Positions 11,901 to 23,159 of a stretch of DNA of 64,000 bases are shown in pieces; positions within the stretch are counted from its first letter, which is position 1, and every line of letters starts with the position of its first letter. The stretch comes from Monocercomonoides exilis PA203. Its lineage: Eukaryota > Protista > Preaxostyla. The notes under the pieces were generated by a model. It worked only from the letters and a program-made list of their open reading frames with translations. It made no database searches and was not told the DNA's origin. The position numbers were made by a program, and so were the translations under genes. The stretch is taken from positions 434,001-498,000 of the forward strand of contig LSRY02000058.1 of NCBI GenBank assembly GCA_001643675.2, written 5' to 3'.

Positions 11901-14880
11901 AAACAGTATTTCCACTTATTGTTATCAAACTTCCTTCACTTCCATCGGAATTGTCAATCACAAGCCATCCACTGTTTGTATCTTTGCCTCTGATCGTGTG
12001 CTTGAAGGAGTCAAATGAAAGCTCATATTGAATTTCAATCATCCCATCAACGACAATCTTCTTTTCCTTTTCTTGCCTAGTCAAAGAATGTCTCAGAGTT
12101 AAACATGGGACTTCAGAAAATCCACAATAAAAATAATCAAATGCATCAACATTACTCGCAATAATCTCTTCTGGTAAAGGAATCAAATAAACACATAGAG
12201 GAATTGGGAATGACGTATTCCCATTATCATATCCCTGTATCTTGCTCTTTGTATCAAATGAAGCTGTCAATGAAGTTATTTTCCCACTTTTTGCTGTCGA
12301 TTTCAGATCAATTGAATCAACAAAAATATCGCTTCCCCATTTGGCCCTATTCCCTTCAAATGCTGATGAAATCAGAAACTCTGTACTTGTATCTTTCACT
12401 TTCAGCCCAATCCCTCCCCCTCTGCCTTGAGTGATTGAGGCATTACAGTTTCTAATATAACCTCCATTCATTGTCAATGAACTGCCGCTTCCTATTCCAA
12501 ACATCATGCTCCCTCCAAAATTGGAGAGTTCACTTCCGCAACCATCAAATGTGCACCCTTTAAGGGTTATTGAATGTGACCCCTCGCTCGCATTCATCAG
12601 CGATGGTCCTGCTGTTGTCCTCACTATGTTGGTGAATACGCTGTTATTAAATAGCAATGAAACAGTCGTTTCCTGAGGCAGCGAAATCAAACTTGTGATG
12701 CTGAATGTTTGTCCCCATCTCACGTCTTTCATTTTCAACTCTCCCCCATCCACCTTCACAAGCGAATTCTGAATGCTTCTCTTCTTTGAATGTGTAGCAT
12801 CCATTGATATATTCAATCTCTTCAAATTCATCAATCCACTTCCTCTCACTTCAAACAGTTTGCTTCTTCTGTTGTTTTCAATTGAGGTGTTGTGAACCAC
12901 TGAAAGATTGTTCGCAGCTAATTCTCCCCTTCCAACACAAAACAGTTTCAATCCATTTGCCTCAAATTTTGTTCTGATGGTAGAACCAGATGAAGAGACG
13001 CCATTTACAGTTATCGTTTTCTCGCCAACGTCAACTCCTTTTTCTTCTACAACCGTTCCTGTAAGCACCCTGATTTCTTCAACAAACCCCACAATCATTT
13101 GGGATATGCAATGACTGATTGTGAGGCATGGATATGTTTTATCAAATCCACAAAAATATGAGTCTTTTGCTCTCTCAACATTTTGCGAATTGGACACATA
13201 CCTTTCTCGTCCTCCAGTTCTCAGCCAACTACTTTTATCCTTGATAGTCTTATAACTTATTGAAACTTTGTTTGTTGTTGTTCTGGTTGAAAGGCATGTT
13301 GCATCAATTTGATTTTGAGTTGCATCATGTATCACAATATCGTGTCCTCCTAATTGAGCAGTGTTATTATGAAAAAAACAATAATAAAAAATAGTCACTT
13401 CTGGAAGGAATCTCCTTATCATCACTCCTCCAGCGCCACCTTGTGAATAACAGTTTACGAAACAGCAAGAATGACAACACATTTTGGGTTCAGCGTCAAG
13501 GACATCGCATCCCCCTCCTGCTGAGCTTGTTTCATCATTTCCGCTACAGTTTCGAAAAAAACATCCCATGATACCAATTTCTTGTTTTGAAAAGGTGCAA
13601 TACAAAATACTTATTCCGCCTGCATCATTTCCAGACCAACCATCTTCAAAAAGGCAATTAGATGATATCACTTGTGTGCTTATATAATTGCAACTAACAC
13701 CCCCGCCTCCTCCATCATCTTGGAGTGCTGCAGACGTGCATTTTTCGAATTGGCTATTGTTAACAGCAACCTCGGATATATTGAATCCAAAAATTCCGCC
13801 TCCTTTTGTTTTTGTTGCTTTACAATTGGAAAACGAAGAATTGAGTACTGTGAGCGTTGCTTCCTGATTGTCATGAACATAAAGTGCCCCTCCACACTCA
13901 GCAGTGCAACCAACCCATTCGCATAAATTAAAATATTGACTTCTTGTTGTCGAAAGTTGATATCTTCTAGTTAATGAGTTGTCAACCCTTGTATTCATCA
14001 AAAACGACGAATTAGACGATAAAAGTGAAGTAAAAGGTGATGTGGAAATTGCTGCTGTAAGCACGGTTCCACAAATTATCCCTCCTTCAAGAACATTCGT
14101 TGTGCACGATGTAACACAATTGTCGAATGTGCTCCTCAATGCACAAAGTCCTGGCTTTTCGTCTTCTAATGCATTTTCTTGGGTAATGTTATTAAATAAG
14201 CAGCAATCCAATTTTTCTGATGAGCAAGCTCCACAATGAAGAACACTTCCGCCTCCACAAAAAATTAAATTTGTTAGAATCGATTGTGAAATGCAAATTG
14301 ATGCTGAAATTGACGTCTCTGACAAACTTCTACATACACTTTGAGTTGATGATAATTGCGAAGCGTTGTAGAGGTTCAGCGACCCAAAGCATAAAAATGG
14401 CGAATGGTCTCTTTCTTTCAAATCAGAAATCAAAACATTATGCAAAAAGCACCATGAATCCGCATTTATGGATAATAAATGTTTTCTTTCGTTGCCTTTA
14501 AATATTATAGAAGAATAGTATATAGATGAATTTGATTCAACAATGCGAGAATTTATTGTTGAGTGTATTTTTCTAAATACGTTTGGGTTTCGATAAATCC
14601 CGTAAATATTCCATAAATCACAAAAAAATATGTTATGTATATCTTTTTTGTCCTCAAAATCTCCATGAAATTGTTGGTCTTTCGACTCTCTGCCAAGTTC
14701 GAAATGGATTAATTGTGGCTTTTTTTGCAGATCAAACTCCAGCAAATCCACCCGAAAAGTTGAACATATATTTGCACTAATAACGTATATTAAAATAAGG
14801 CTTGTTCTAAAATTGAACAGTGTCTTCTTTTTCCACAAAATACTCATCTTATTTTTGAAGATCATATATCCCATAAACAT
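5983..14880 (-). CDS. Giant (2965 aa) single-pass surface protein with beta-helix/PMP-like GG(A/G) repeats and five CGx4-5PC modules; charged cytoplasmic tail, no kinase domain
   Basis: Uninterrupted ORF. Hydrophobic N-terminal segment, repeated GGA/GGG(I/L)(Y/F) and FxxNxA motifs, TM helix WSLIAFICCVIAVAILLFVIILIVGL. Clearly paralogous to 46251-53144 (shared CKWNGSVVD/CRWDGSLVD and SLKGGDGV...SS(M/L)W). Confidence 0.8.
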   Translation of the reverse strand: MFMGYMIFKNKMSILWKKKTLFNFRTSLILIYVISANICSTFRVDLLEFDLQKKPQLIHFELGRESKDQQFHGDFEDKKDIHNIFFCDLWNIYGIYRNPNVFRKIHSTINSRIVESNSSIYYSSIIFKGNERKHLLSINADSWCFLHNVLISDLKERDHSPFLCFGSLNLYNASQLSSTQSVCRSLSETSISASICISQSILTNLIFCGGGSVLHCGACSSEKLDCCLFNNITQENALEDEKPGLCALRSTFDNCVTSCTTNVLEGGIICGTVLTAAISTSPFTSLLSSNSSFLMNTRVDNSLTRRYQLSTTRSQYFNLCEWVGCTAECGGALYVHDNQEATLTVLNSSFSNCKATKTKGGGIFGFNISEVAVNNSQFEKCTSAALQDDGGGGGVSCNYISTQVISSNCLFEDGWSGNDAGGISILYCTFSKQEIGIMGCFFRNCSGNDETSSAGGGCDVLDAEPKMCCHSCCFVNCYSQGGAGGVMIRRFLPEVTIFYYCFFHNNTAQLGGHDIVIHDATQNQIDATCLSTRTTTNKVSISYKTIKDKSSWLRTGGRERYVSNSQNVERAKDSYFCGFDKTYPCLTISHCISQMIVGFVEEIRVLTGTVVEEKGVDVGEKTITVNGVSSSGSTIRTKFEANGLKLFCVGRGELAANNLSVVHNTSIENNRRSKLFEVRGSGLMNLKRLNISMDATHSKKRSIQNSLVKVDGGELKMKDVRWGQTFSITSLISLPQETTVSLLFNNSVFTNIVRTTAGPSLMNASEGSHSITLKGCTFDGCGSELSNFGGSMMFGIGSGSSLTMNGGYIRNCNASITQGRGGGIGLKVKDTSTEFLISSAFEGNRAKWGSDIFVDSIDLKSTAKSGKITSLTASFDTKSKIQGYDNGNTSFPIPLCVYLIPLPEEIIASNVDAFDYFYCGFSEVPCLTLRHSLTRQEKEKKIVVDGMIEIQYELSFDSFKHTIRGKDTNSGWLVIDNSDGSEGSLITISGNTVLKSLVFSVPSALQNHKAFFYSSSQLFSLKDCSLAFQNSQSALSYVFLSATTGKVSVSSLNVLSLFIGNCPLIFLDGSNAAGTFTFMNVEDISTATNSILFEAENGASLTIKDSTLSAKAYSQTDLPSESIRVISTNSVKMLKLTNNTMGGFRRIEGNGGAVECTLGRDCSLEIVGGMISGCRSKGGNGGGLWAEMKEGSTFTLGNMTNTDSARTIFSNDESGLLQFTSCKATQNTDGEHGYGGGIYLHLEDGASSFILKKASFAGCDAREGKEIFINANELSSVISRRSIGFEVDMSDLTRLNGFERSTLNETFAIPLVVYLWDNFSGSAFVGGSSSHDFSMCGYELFPCSTIAKAVSNHFEEKKKDITILESFAFEEEFNFPTYEWIIKTNKNEMKCDVSDQKEGTQSGLIENSVSVSVSGIVFSLKKSLTFHESVFECCSGKLTLNGCGMEGGAETISTVFVKAVGGIVEVNEFGSKNIKKGDSSFFIVVEGNGESVPSMNMTNSHFGEISFGDGSVVECHGGIIEEMSECTFSSITRSKGSGGCVGFSNENDNDGRDYKVEINNCTFEGCAVVGEENEIGGGAFFYEASANTNLLMSKCEFYGCAAPYEKESVGYGGGIMLQLLKEKEEAFVISSPVFSSDKPNNAKFGKDLFISSPSLIKSIKNETLPFVKDRLEALTEDSMRGYDGENRECAIPLVYFWKSIGSSVHVAEEGNDVVVCGLYEFPCESVDYGLNRGSNITLESMMFHGVCNARSVTEMNGLKLEGTNMESDKIRFAQALEGDGDVVVECKGAVQFSELGILIPSDFENGANILIQTGSDAVKTSVIGCSIYTNENVKDEVSFVLISASKGIVSIEKTEIAGFSTMHEIMSISADCVTTMNNVTFEDISLSGKSAIAMSESVISGREDDDMGEAWNFLFEQCRFMNVKHNVANTPSLLCCNVQNEMRLKMENSIIDGCGSTSSNEGGSIFFLLNKGGRLEMNCTKIAGCFSTNVGRGGGMFLKSLSTAQKALPFVLSNITFKWNVALKGRDVFVKCTNLETQISEQQFLIDFGEPFVKELAIWGCTADNYGDEEDLLQKMLVFRSEFIFVSSIAGNSSDNKNCGEMTSPCSSLNVGVGHIIPSDYSQLLIWNETTLTGSCSAQKVTIKSMEANRNAEIKVNEINLADEGAVTTLESVRLEKVSFVFDEMENIVCSCLIHQLNGSLILESVSFQSESRSMENSQTLFDFSLIVVEEGLFEAEKCSVGHLKFSKPVFQILHSKKATFEDVGVDDVECKSSLIECGKSEKVSISKLAATSIWLEEESLIFDYGHSSLVLSLTLSSFTNISRSSDGSCIVCTSHPMSGFEMCNCSFHECSSESSKGSQVSITSAEKILMESCVFEGNLVSGAEENEISDEVCKWNGSVVDFSKSSVMMKDTTICNSSKGGMTVNGGTMNIKDGRFENNNPLIAKYPSLCRNIICSVSASLMISSLKGGDGVKDNSSMWILNDKCLFEGIISERASSFFIPELESVEAKEVEEEVEIAFKGKLLLPCNLSFMAMKQIGEEKQIEKFVFDESGFASETEAKGRVQKETISEAGEEAEVRVCILFGNADAPLSTQSFILKNRSEPKRKEDEKISEKVNKIEWSLIAFICCVIAVAILLFVIILIVGLKQKKHNRNGREIEDRDIDIIKNVKITECRKEDFVQRVEEEELRTLLMEESRNEMDAITEKVKEFQLCENKVIAENTFDCEEVMRMVPVNCVEMQTVASFQVCEENKCIKTDVSGNENWVQEMGRKAKKLKRKKGKKPKQTEEIDKSGDVMEETIVGLERFNKLEELSSDTVDNGRNERPIEYYIGLSSAPNSHFSIYGDNSEEKSADKLLEEKIKVLKEDLKNEDGEEEERAIMEIGEVIEARGKIKEIEGEELMKECEGFEGEVKLMDIDGCRDQKENSNGEMVKQKRRKKKKKKNRKREEKSEFAQNVIEMGLLDAG

Positions 14881-16839
14881 ATATCAATTTTTGTGCGTGA
14901 ACAAATTAATAAATAACTTTTTGATATTGAAATTACAGAATTCGAAAAAAAATGAACCTCAAAAAAGAATATTAAAAAATTGATTTTTATTTAAATGATA
15001 ATTTCCGCCTTTTCAAGTTATTGTTGATATTGTTGAAATGTTGGTGGATATTTTTCTTTCATTTAATATTTTTTCACGAAACGTATAATAACAATGATAT
15101 ATTTTATGTAAATTTTCAACACGAATTCATGAAACATTTTTGTCAAATATTTTGATAACAAATTGAGTAATTATTTTCCAAATCATGACTTTTTTTCAAG
15201 GAAAAGAATATCTGAGAAAAAAAAAATAAATTTTTTTATTATTATATTCTTTTTATTTTTTATTTTATTCTTTTTTTTTTGTTTGTTTGTTTGTCAAGGG
15301 TTCTTTTTCATCATTCAACTCCATTTTTCAAACCGAAATTTGTGTTGGAAAGAATTTGACTTCAAATAGAATCGGCCATTTCATCTTTTTGGACAGTTTG
15401 TTTCTTTGAAATTGTTCTTAACATTTTCGTTATTAAAAATGAATTTGTTTAAGGTAGTCGAAATTTCACTATCACTTTAAATAATACCTTTAATTTTTGT
15501 GTTTGTTTTCTTGTTATATCTGGAAATCTTTCAAATCGAATTTTTGATTAGTTAAATTTGATCGTAAAAAATGATTCACCAATGTGGAGAATTCATAGTG
15601 ATTGATGATTTAGAGAGGATTGATCAAAAAGAAAAGAAAGAAAAAAGAAAGAAATTGAAATTGAAAAAAAATTGATTAAACAAAAAGGATTTTTTTTTCG
15701 AAAACCTGAAAATGTTTAATAATTGTGATGGAATTTTCTAATTATTTTTTGAACACTTTGAGTTATAATTCCATTTCATTATTTCATTATGCAAATAACA
15801 TCGGATAAAAATTGCTTGTTAAATCAAATAAACTTTTCGGAGAAATCAGATGTGATTATCGCCTTAAGCGTTCAAATGATGATTAGAAATATTAAAACTC
15901 AAATATTTACTCTGCAACTTTTAAAAAAAAGAGTTCCCAAATGAAAAGACAACTTTTTTTTAATTCAATTTATTAATAATTTTTGTTTCAACTTTATCAT
16001 AAATTCGTTATCACCCGTATAATGAAAAAGGAATTGTTTTGCTTTTTGTAATCCAATGAAGTTTGATAAATACAGTTTTAATAGAATATTATCACAAATA
16101 TTATTGCACTTCTTTTTGAGACTATATCCGATAATGACAAAAAGCGATTTTGCTTGACATAGAAAAAATATAAAATTTTTATGTTAATTAAATAAATAAT
16201 GGGTCAATTATTCCATTTGGTGCAGAATTTTTTCTTTAATGAAAAATTTCAATGACTTGTTCCAAACTTTTTCTGCATCGTTTGATTATTATTTTTTGCA
16301 TTGTCGTGCAATCTGAAATAAAAATATAAAAAAATCGAAAAAAAAAATCTTTGAAAGAACAGTGAGGAACAAAATTCATAAGACAAAAAATTATGTCCCA
16401 TTTTTATTAATTCTTTTCAAAAGCACTTTTTTTCTTTCGAAAACAGTTTTTGTCATTAACAAACAATATTTTGACTAATTCACGCATTATTTGAAAATTC
16501 GAAAAATTGGAAATTTTTGAACTTAAAATCCATTTTTTTATTGGAAATGAATCCATTAAAATACTAAGTGTGATTAAATATATTTAGACATGTGATAATA
16601 AGCAACAGAAAATGAATAGAAAATGTGAAAAAAATGTTCGTACAGGGAAAATTTTGACAATAAACGAATATGATTATATTCGATGTGATGACATCGTGTT
16701 TTGACTGGACGGAATTCGCTCTTTTTCTTGAATTAAAAGAACTCAAAAAACACATTTTTTGTTTGATCAAACAATTCTTTCGTTATGAATTTGAGTTAGT
16801 ATTTGAGTTTATTCTGGTATAAAAATATTCTTTTTTGCA

Positions 16840-16840
<1 letters not shown>

Positions 16841-16892
<52 letters not shown>
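16841..16892. repeat. poly(A) tract, about 52 nt
   Basis: Directly visible homopolymer. Confidence 0.95.
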
Positions 16893-16895
<3 letters not shown>

Positions 16896-17154
16896 TTTTG
16901 ATGAAATTAATGTTTCATGTTTCTTCTTTCTTTAAAAATATTAATGTTCAAATATAAGGATTAAACTTCTTCATCGTTCAGAATTATTCACAAAGTTTTG
17001 AAAACTTAATTCAAACAACATTTTCAATTTTCACAAACTTTTCTGCAGTCTGCATCTTGATCAATGATATAAACTGCTTAAATATATTAATAAATTTTTA
17101 TTATTTTGATCAAGATATTCCATTTTTTGTTTCAAAAGAAGAGTTTTTTTGCAA

Positions 17155-18504
17155 ATGCTCGTCTTTTCTCTGACTTTGATTTCATTTTTTTCATCAGAGA
17201 TTATTTGGAAAGAAGAATTTGCTGATGGAGGTTCGATGGAGCTAATTTTTCTTGTTTTCATATTATTTTTTATCGTCATTTCTTAATTGGATGATCATTT
17301 GATGGACTTATTCTTATTTCGAAAAATTTTTGTTTTTAAATATAACTTACTTAAAAAAATAATCTAAATAGATAAATGGAAGGATCGTTGGGTTCTTGCA
17401 GTTAATAAGACAAAACATTATAAAGGAGAATGGGCAATTGAAGCACCAAAAAAATGCCAAAATCGCGAAAGATCCAAAGGAATGAAAACAATAACTGATG
17501 ATGGATATTATCAAATTTCTGCTGATATTGGAAGAACAATTTCAACTTACAACAAAACATTTATATTTTCGTACATGGTTAAAAACGAGCAAGATATTCA
17601 GGTCGGTGGTTCTTATGTGAAAATACTACCAGAAGGCATTAACCAAACCGATTTTGATGGAACAACTCCATATTACATTATGTTTGGTCAAGATCAGGAT
17701 AAAGGACATTCTGATCGTGTTCAATTAATTCTTAAAAAACATGGAAACGAATATCAACACACAACACCACTTCGCTTGGAAAAAGATACACGTACTCATA
17801 TGTTTACTATTATCATGTTCCCTGATCTTTCCTATGAAATACGAATCGATAACAAAGTCCAAAGAAGTGGGAAAATGTATGTTGATTTCCCTGGAGCTTT
17901 TGATGGTCCGACACTTCCTGATCCAGATGCAAAAAAACCAAAGGATTGGGTTGAGCTGCCTGAGATTCCCGACCCGAAAGCAAAGAAGCCAGACGACTGG
18001 GAGGAGGAGATGACGATTGTCGACCACAAGGCGAAGAAGCCTATCTGGTGGAAAGAGAAGCTCCACGGAGAGTGGAGTGCCCCACGAATTCCCAATCCGC
18101 GCTACAGAGGCGTCTGGATGCCGCCGTTGGTGAAGAACCCAGAATATAAAGGAGAATGGAAGGCTCCACGCATTCCGAATCCAGACTGGGAGAAGGCCAG
18201 GAGGAATGCTGCATTCAAGAAGATAAGATATGTGGGGATTGAAATCTATCAGCCGAAAAGCGGGTCTATTTTCGACAACTTCTTCATTGGAGACGATTTG
18301 AAAGAGTATCGCACGTTTGTGAAGCAGAACTGGGAGCCCACAAAGAGATATGAAGATGTGTATGATCCATACGAGAAGCCAGAGACTTTCTCAATGAGTG
18401 GAAAGGATCTCTTCAAGAACCAAAAGAAAGATGAAGACGATGACGATGACGATGACGATGATGATGACGACGATGATGACGATGATGACGTCAGAGAATT
18501 GTAA
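17155..18504 (+). CDS. CALR: Calreticulin (exons 17155-17230 and 17372-18504)
   Basis: Spliced N-terminus MLVFSLTLISFFSSEIIWKEEFADG/DKWKDRW, GGSYVK, YYIMFG, P-domain repeats (DPDAKKPKDW, GEWKAPRIPNP), KSGSIFDNF, acidic tail, C-terminal VREL as a KDEL-like signal. Confidence 0.92.
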
Positions 18505-18820
18505 ATTTTTATAATTATTATTGATCATGAAAATTGTTGTTTAACTTGTCGCATTTATTAATACTGCATTTTTTTAATTTGATGTTTGTATTAATCATCT
18601 CAACTTGCGTACTTCTGATTTGTAAAATATGTTATTTTTAGAAATTATGGTTTTTGAAAAAATCCGCGTTTGCCCTAGATCAATAAAATTTCATTGTGAA
18701 GTTTGTGAAGCTTTAAATACAATTTGTTGGATGATAACATGATTTCATAAATTAAATATTTTATTTTACATTTTTGATTTTATCATTTTTTAATTTCACA
18801 AACAAAATTTTCAACAGACA

Positions 18821-19314
18821 ATGGCAAAGTCAAAAAATCACACAAATCACAACCAGAATCATAAAGCACACAGAAATGGAATTAAGAAGCCACAACAGAA
18901 AGGCCAATTCTCACGTCGCTATGTTTGTACACTTCTTTTATTGAGAGTGCACTTATTTTTTTGGAATTTCTCAAATTTGTTGTTTAATAGATGGATCAAA
19001 AATATTTGAGAAATCTTCACTTTGTTCGCAAGCACAACAGGAAGAATTTGGCCAAATTTGTTGCTCAAAGAAAGCGTGACCTTCTGGCAAAGAAGAAGGG
19101 AAAACTTAATGAAACAAAAACCGACAAAACTTCAAAAGCCTCAGAGAAAAAAGTTGTCGCTGTTCAAAAACAAGAAAAACCACAAGAAGCAGAGAAAAAG
19201 CAACAAGTGAAATCTGTTGCAGAGAAGAAGATTGAGAAAAAAGCAGCACCAGCCAACGAAAAGCCAAAGAAAGCTGCAGCTCCAAAACAAGATAAGAAAG
19301 CAGGAAAGAATTAA
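18821..19314 (+). CDS. RPL29: 60S ribosomal protein eL29 (exons 18821-18922 and 18991-19314) with a Lys/Ala-rich C-terminal extension
   Basis: MAKSKNHTNHNQNHKAHRNGIKKP...MDQKYLRN; phase-0 intron GTTTGT...TAG at 18923-18990. Confidence 0.97.
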
Positions 19315-19516
19315 ATTATTTCACACATTTCAAGAAGCTGAAGCTATTCATTCATGATCTTGACTTTGTCTTCAACAAAAGCATTTTTTAATACATTTTA
19401 ATTTTTTTTCCTAAAAAATTGAAAAAAAATTATTAGCAAATATATAAATAGATTGATGCAATTAGAAGTGTTCAACAAGTTTTTTGAAAGGTCAATTAAG
19501 GTTTCGTGTGATCGAA

Positions 19517-21188
19517 ATGTCATTTGTCAGAAAAAGCAAATTCCGTCATGTGTTTGGAGAGCTCGCCAAGCGTGAGTTTATGTATGAGGGCATAAAAGGA
19601 ACAGGAACTACTCTCGACACTAACATGATAAAGGTGAACAACAAGTACATCTCTTACATTTGGGAAGGTTCTGGAGGAGGTGCGATTTGCGTCTTTCCTT
19701 CAACACAAGTTGGACGTCACCCAACGTCAATGCCCCTCATTCGAGGTCACACACGCCCTGTTACAGATATGGATTTTTGCCCACATGATCCAGTCTGCAC
19801 TTTTTATTTCCACATTATTCATAAATTACTGAAATTAATCATCTTTGTTTTTTTCACTTTGCTATTTTTTCCATCCAATATTTTAGGATACAATTGCAAC
19901 AACATGCGAAGATTGCACAGTTCGTGTTTGGAAGATTCCAGAGAGCGGAATGCCAGCTGATGGAATTGAAGAGCCAGTTGCAGCTTTTACTGGACACGGA
20001 AGAAAATCCACTGAAGTTATTTGGAATCCATGTGCCTCAGGGATTCTTGCATCTGCGGGTGCTGATGCAACCATTAAAGTGTGGGATTTGAATTCAAAGG
20101 AAAGAGTCTTTTCAATTGATGGTCAACACGGAGATGCAATCCAATCCTTCCAATGGAACCAAGCAGGAAACATGATTGGAACCCAATGCAGAGACAAAAA
20201 AATACGTTTGTTTGATGTAAGATCCAATCAAAAAGTGCTTGAAATTCAATCACATGCTGGAGTGAAAACAGCTCGTTTCCTCTTCAACAACAAGAGAAAC
20301 TGGCTCATGTCAACAGGATTTGGGCAAGGAAGCAATCGTCAAGTTCTCATATGGGATGAACGAAATACAACCAAGCCAATCGTGTCCAACGTGATTGATC
20401 AAGCATCTGGTATCATGATGCCATTCTTTGATGAAGCCACACAGATTTTGTTCATCGGGTCGAAAGGTGAGGCAAACATAAGATACTATGAACTCACTGA
20501 AGATCCTCCACACTTCTTCTACATCACCACCTTCCCAGAGGGCACACCAACACGTGGCCTCACAGCTCTTCCCAAGCAGTATGTGCATTCCGAACACTGC
20601 GAAATCATGAAGTTCTTCCGTATTACTGCAAAAGATTCTATTGAACCCATCTCGTTTGTTGTTCCACGTCGATCAGAAATGTTCCAGGCAGACATCTACC
20701 CGCCAGTAGTGGACACGACTACACCTTCAATGACAGGCGAAGAGTGGATCAAAGGGGAGAACAAACCGCCGAGATATTACGTCTTCACAGCCGACGGGAA
20801 AGGCGAGCACTGCAGCGCAGATGAGGTTCCTGCAAGCGCCACGCCTTCTCCTTCTCCTGTGCAGTCGCCACAACCGGCTGGGTTTGTACCCGCTTCTTCG
20901 TCTTCAACACCTTCCATTCCCGACGGGCATGTGCCAAAGACACAGCTGGACGCTGCAAACGCGAAAATTGCAGAGTTAGAAAAGCAGCTGGCTGAAATCA
21001 AAGCAAAGGCAGAAGGAGGAAATGGATCTGCGAAAATTGAACAGCTTGAGAAAGCGTTGAAAGAAAAAGACGAACACATTGCAGACACCAAAGCGAAAAT
21101 TGAAGAGTTGCAAAAGGACATTGTCACAAAAGATGAAGCTATCGCAGAATTGAAGAAGCAACTTGAAGAAAAGAAAGCAGAACTGTAA
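19517..21188 (+). CDS. CORO: Coronin (exons 19517-19792 and 19887-21188)
   Basis: FVRKSKFRHVFG N-terminus, WD40 repeats, PISFVVPRRSEMFQADIYP and a C-terminal coiled coil; the intron splices in frame. Confidence 0.95.
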
Positions 21189-21385
21189 GGAACATTTCAC
21201 AATCAGAACGTAAACGTTTTTGAATTTCTTTGTGGCTATGATTTTTATTGTTTATGTCAAAGCTTTTGTCTTTAATTTTTTTTTGAAGAGTGTTATTGCT
21301 CAAATAATGTTAATAGCAAATTTAGAATTGGACCAACAAAACTTTTACGATCAAGTAACCATTTTGAAAATTGATTTTTTGAGAA

Positions 21386-22714
21386 ATGTCTTGGTTTGGA
21401 TCTCCCAACAAAACTTCACTTAAAGAACAAGTCTGCAATATCATTGGGTGCCCGTGTGCAATTCTCTTTTTTTAGTGAATATTTAATAATTGTATTCTTC
21501 ATCTTTAGTCAAGAAATCGCAGAACGACTTCTTCAACGAACTGCTTGGAAAGTTGAAGGTTTTCACAAATTTCTACCAAGTTTATTTTAAAACCCCTCTT
21601 ATTTTAAAGCTGCTGTTAATGAGTATTACGAAAACCAGCATCTATATCCATTGCCAGCACCAAAACCATCTCCAGTTCCTCGTACCGATCCAGCCAAAAT
21701 TGAAGAATATTTTAAAAAATACAAAGGTTAAAATAAAATAGAATTACAATTTATTTTTAACAATAAAGAAATATTTATTGTTAAAATTTGAATTTTAGAT
21801 TCGGTTGCAAATGCAATTCAAGAAGATGGATTTGTTGACTTTTTGACAGATATAGGTGTTGATCCATTAGAAATTGACAGCTTGATTGTGTCCTACAAGC
21901 TTGGATGCAAGCTTCTTGGGCAAATTTCTCATGATGATTTTGTGAAAGGATGTCAGGGAGTTGGGTTTGAAAATAATAACTATTCTCAAAAATCTATTTT
22001 TTGAATTGGTCATTTCTCCTGGTTTTAGAGTTCAGGACGTAGCTTCATTTAAAAGAGAATTACCTCGCTTGAGACAGTCAATAACAGATGCAGAAGAAGT
22101 ATGCTCTTGTTTTTAAAGATTAAAATTGTAATATTCATTGAATACAGTTTCAAAAATTTTATAGATACGTATTCCTTCTTTATCTAGGAGAAGGAACGTC
22201 AAAACAGCTTCGTATGCAATTTAAAATTCTTTCTTTCCTTTTTTTTAAATATTTTCTTGACAAATAAAAATTTCTATTATGATTATTTTTGATGGAAAAT
22301 AGCTTGCGCTGATTGCATTGATGTTTGGAAAATTGTACTGAAAGGGAAGTTTGCTTTGTTGGATGAATGGTGCGAGTTTTTAGAGGTTTGAACACTTTCA
22401 TTAAAAAATAACTATTCACAAAATGAATAATCCACTCAAAAAAATCTATAAATCAAATAATTTAATGCTATCTTTCTATTTTTGATTTTTCACTTTTTGT
22501 TAAATTTTATTTTTTGACGATTCAACTATGAACAATACAGAAAAAGAAGCCGAACACGATTTCACTGGACACGTGGACTCTTCTTCTCGACTTTTCTAAG
22601 GAAGTCCATCCCGACTTGTCAAACTTTGAGGAAGAAAGCGCCTGGCCAGTTCTGATTGAAGACTTTGTGAACTGGAAGAAGGGAGGCAAAAAGGATTTCC
22701 CAAAGAAAAGATAA
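21386..22714 (+). CDS. DCN1: DCN1-like protein (defective in cullin neddylation), about 8 small exons; absent from the ORF track
   Basis: Manually spliced: UBA-like N-terminus (EIAERLLQRTAWKVE/AAVNEYY), DGFVDFLTDIGVDP, FQKFYRYVF, LDEWCEFLE, ISLDTWTLLLDF, SNFEEESAWPVLIEDFV (PONY domain). Stop TAA at 22712-22714. Confidence 0.88.
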
Positions 22715-23159
22715 ACAACGTTGCTTCACTTCACGTCTGACTCCTGTGCATAATTTTTGAGGGGTCATTTTGAGATCTTTTTTTTCGTGTTGGTTGGCCT
22801 ACCTTTTGCATTTTATCTTCCATATTTATTTCAAAAGCTAAAAAAATAAAGTTAAGCTTCTTTCTGTTTACTCATTCAAATGGGCTCAAACATTCATTTT
22901 TTATAAAGTGTGCAATATGTGTTCTGTACGATGCATCAAGTTTGCATCACTTATTTCAACCATGCACCGAATTCGATATGAACAATTCCCAAGCTTAACA
23001 TCATTCTTATGAAATGGCTTAATTGCATAAACGATTATTATTTTTCAGAAAACAACAATTTGGAAAAGAACTAAAATTAAACAAAACAAAAAAAAAAAAA
23101 AAAATGAGAAAAAAACACAATAGACATTCAAGAGTATAAAATCAAATTTGGATTCTAAC

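Noticed and set aside
7001-14501. Plus-strand ORFs antisense to the giant gene (and the equivalents antisense to 46251-53144)
   Set aside because: Shadow ORFs caused by codon bias of the real gene on the opposite strand.
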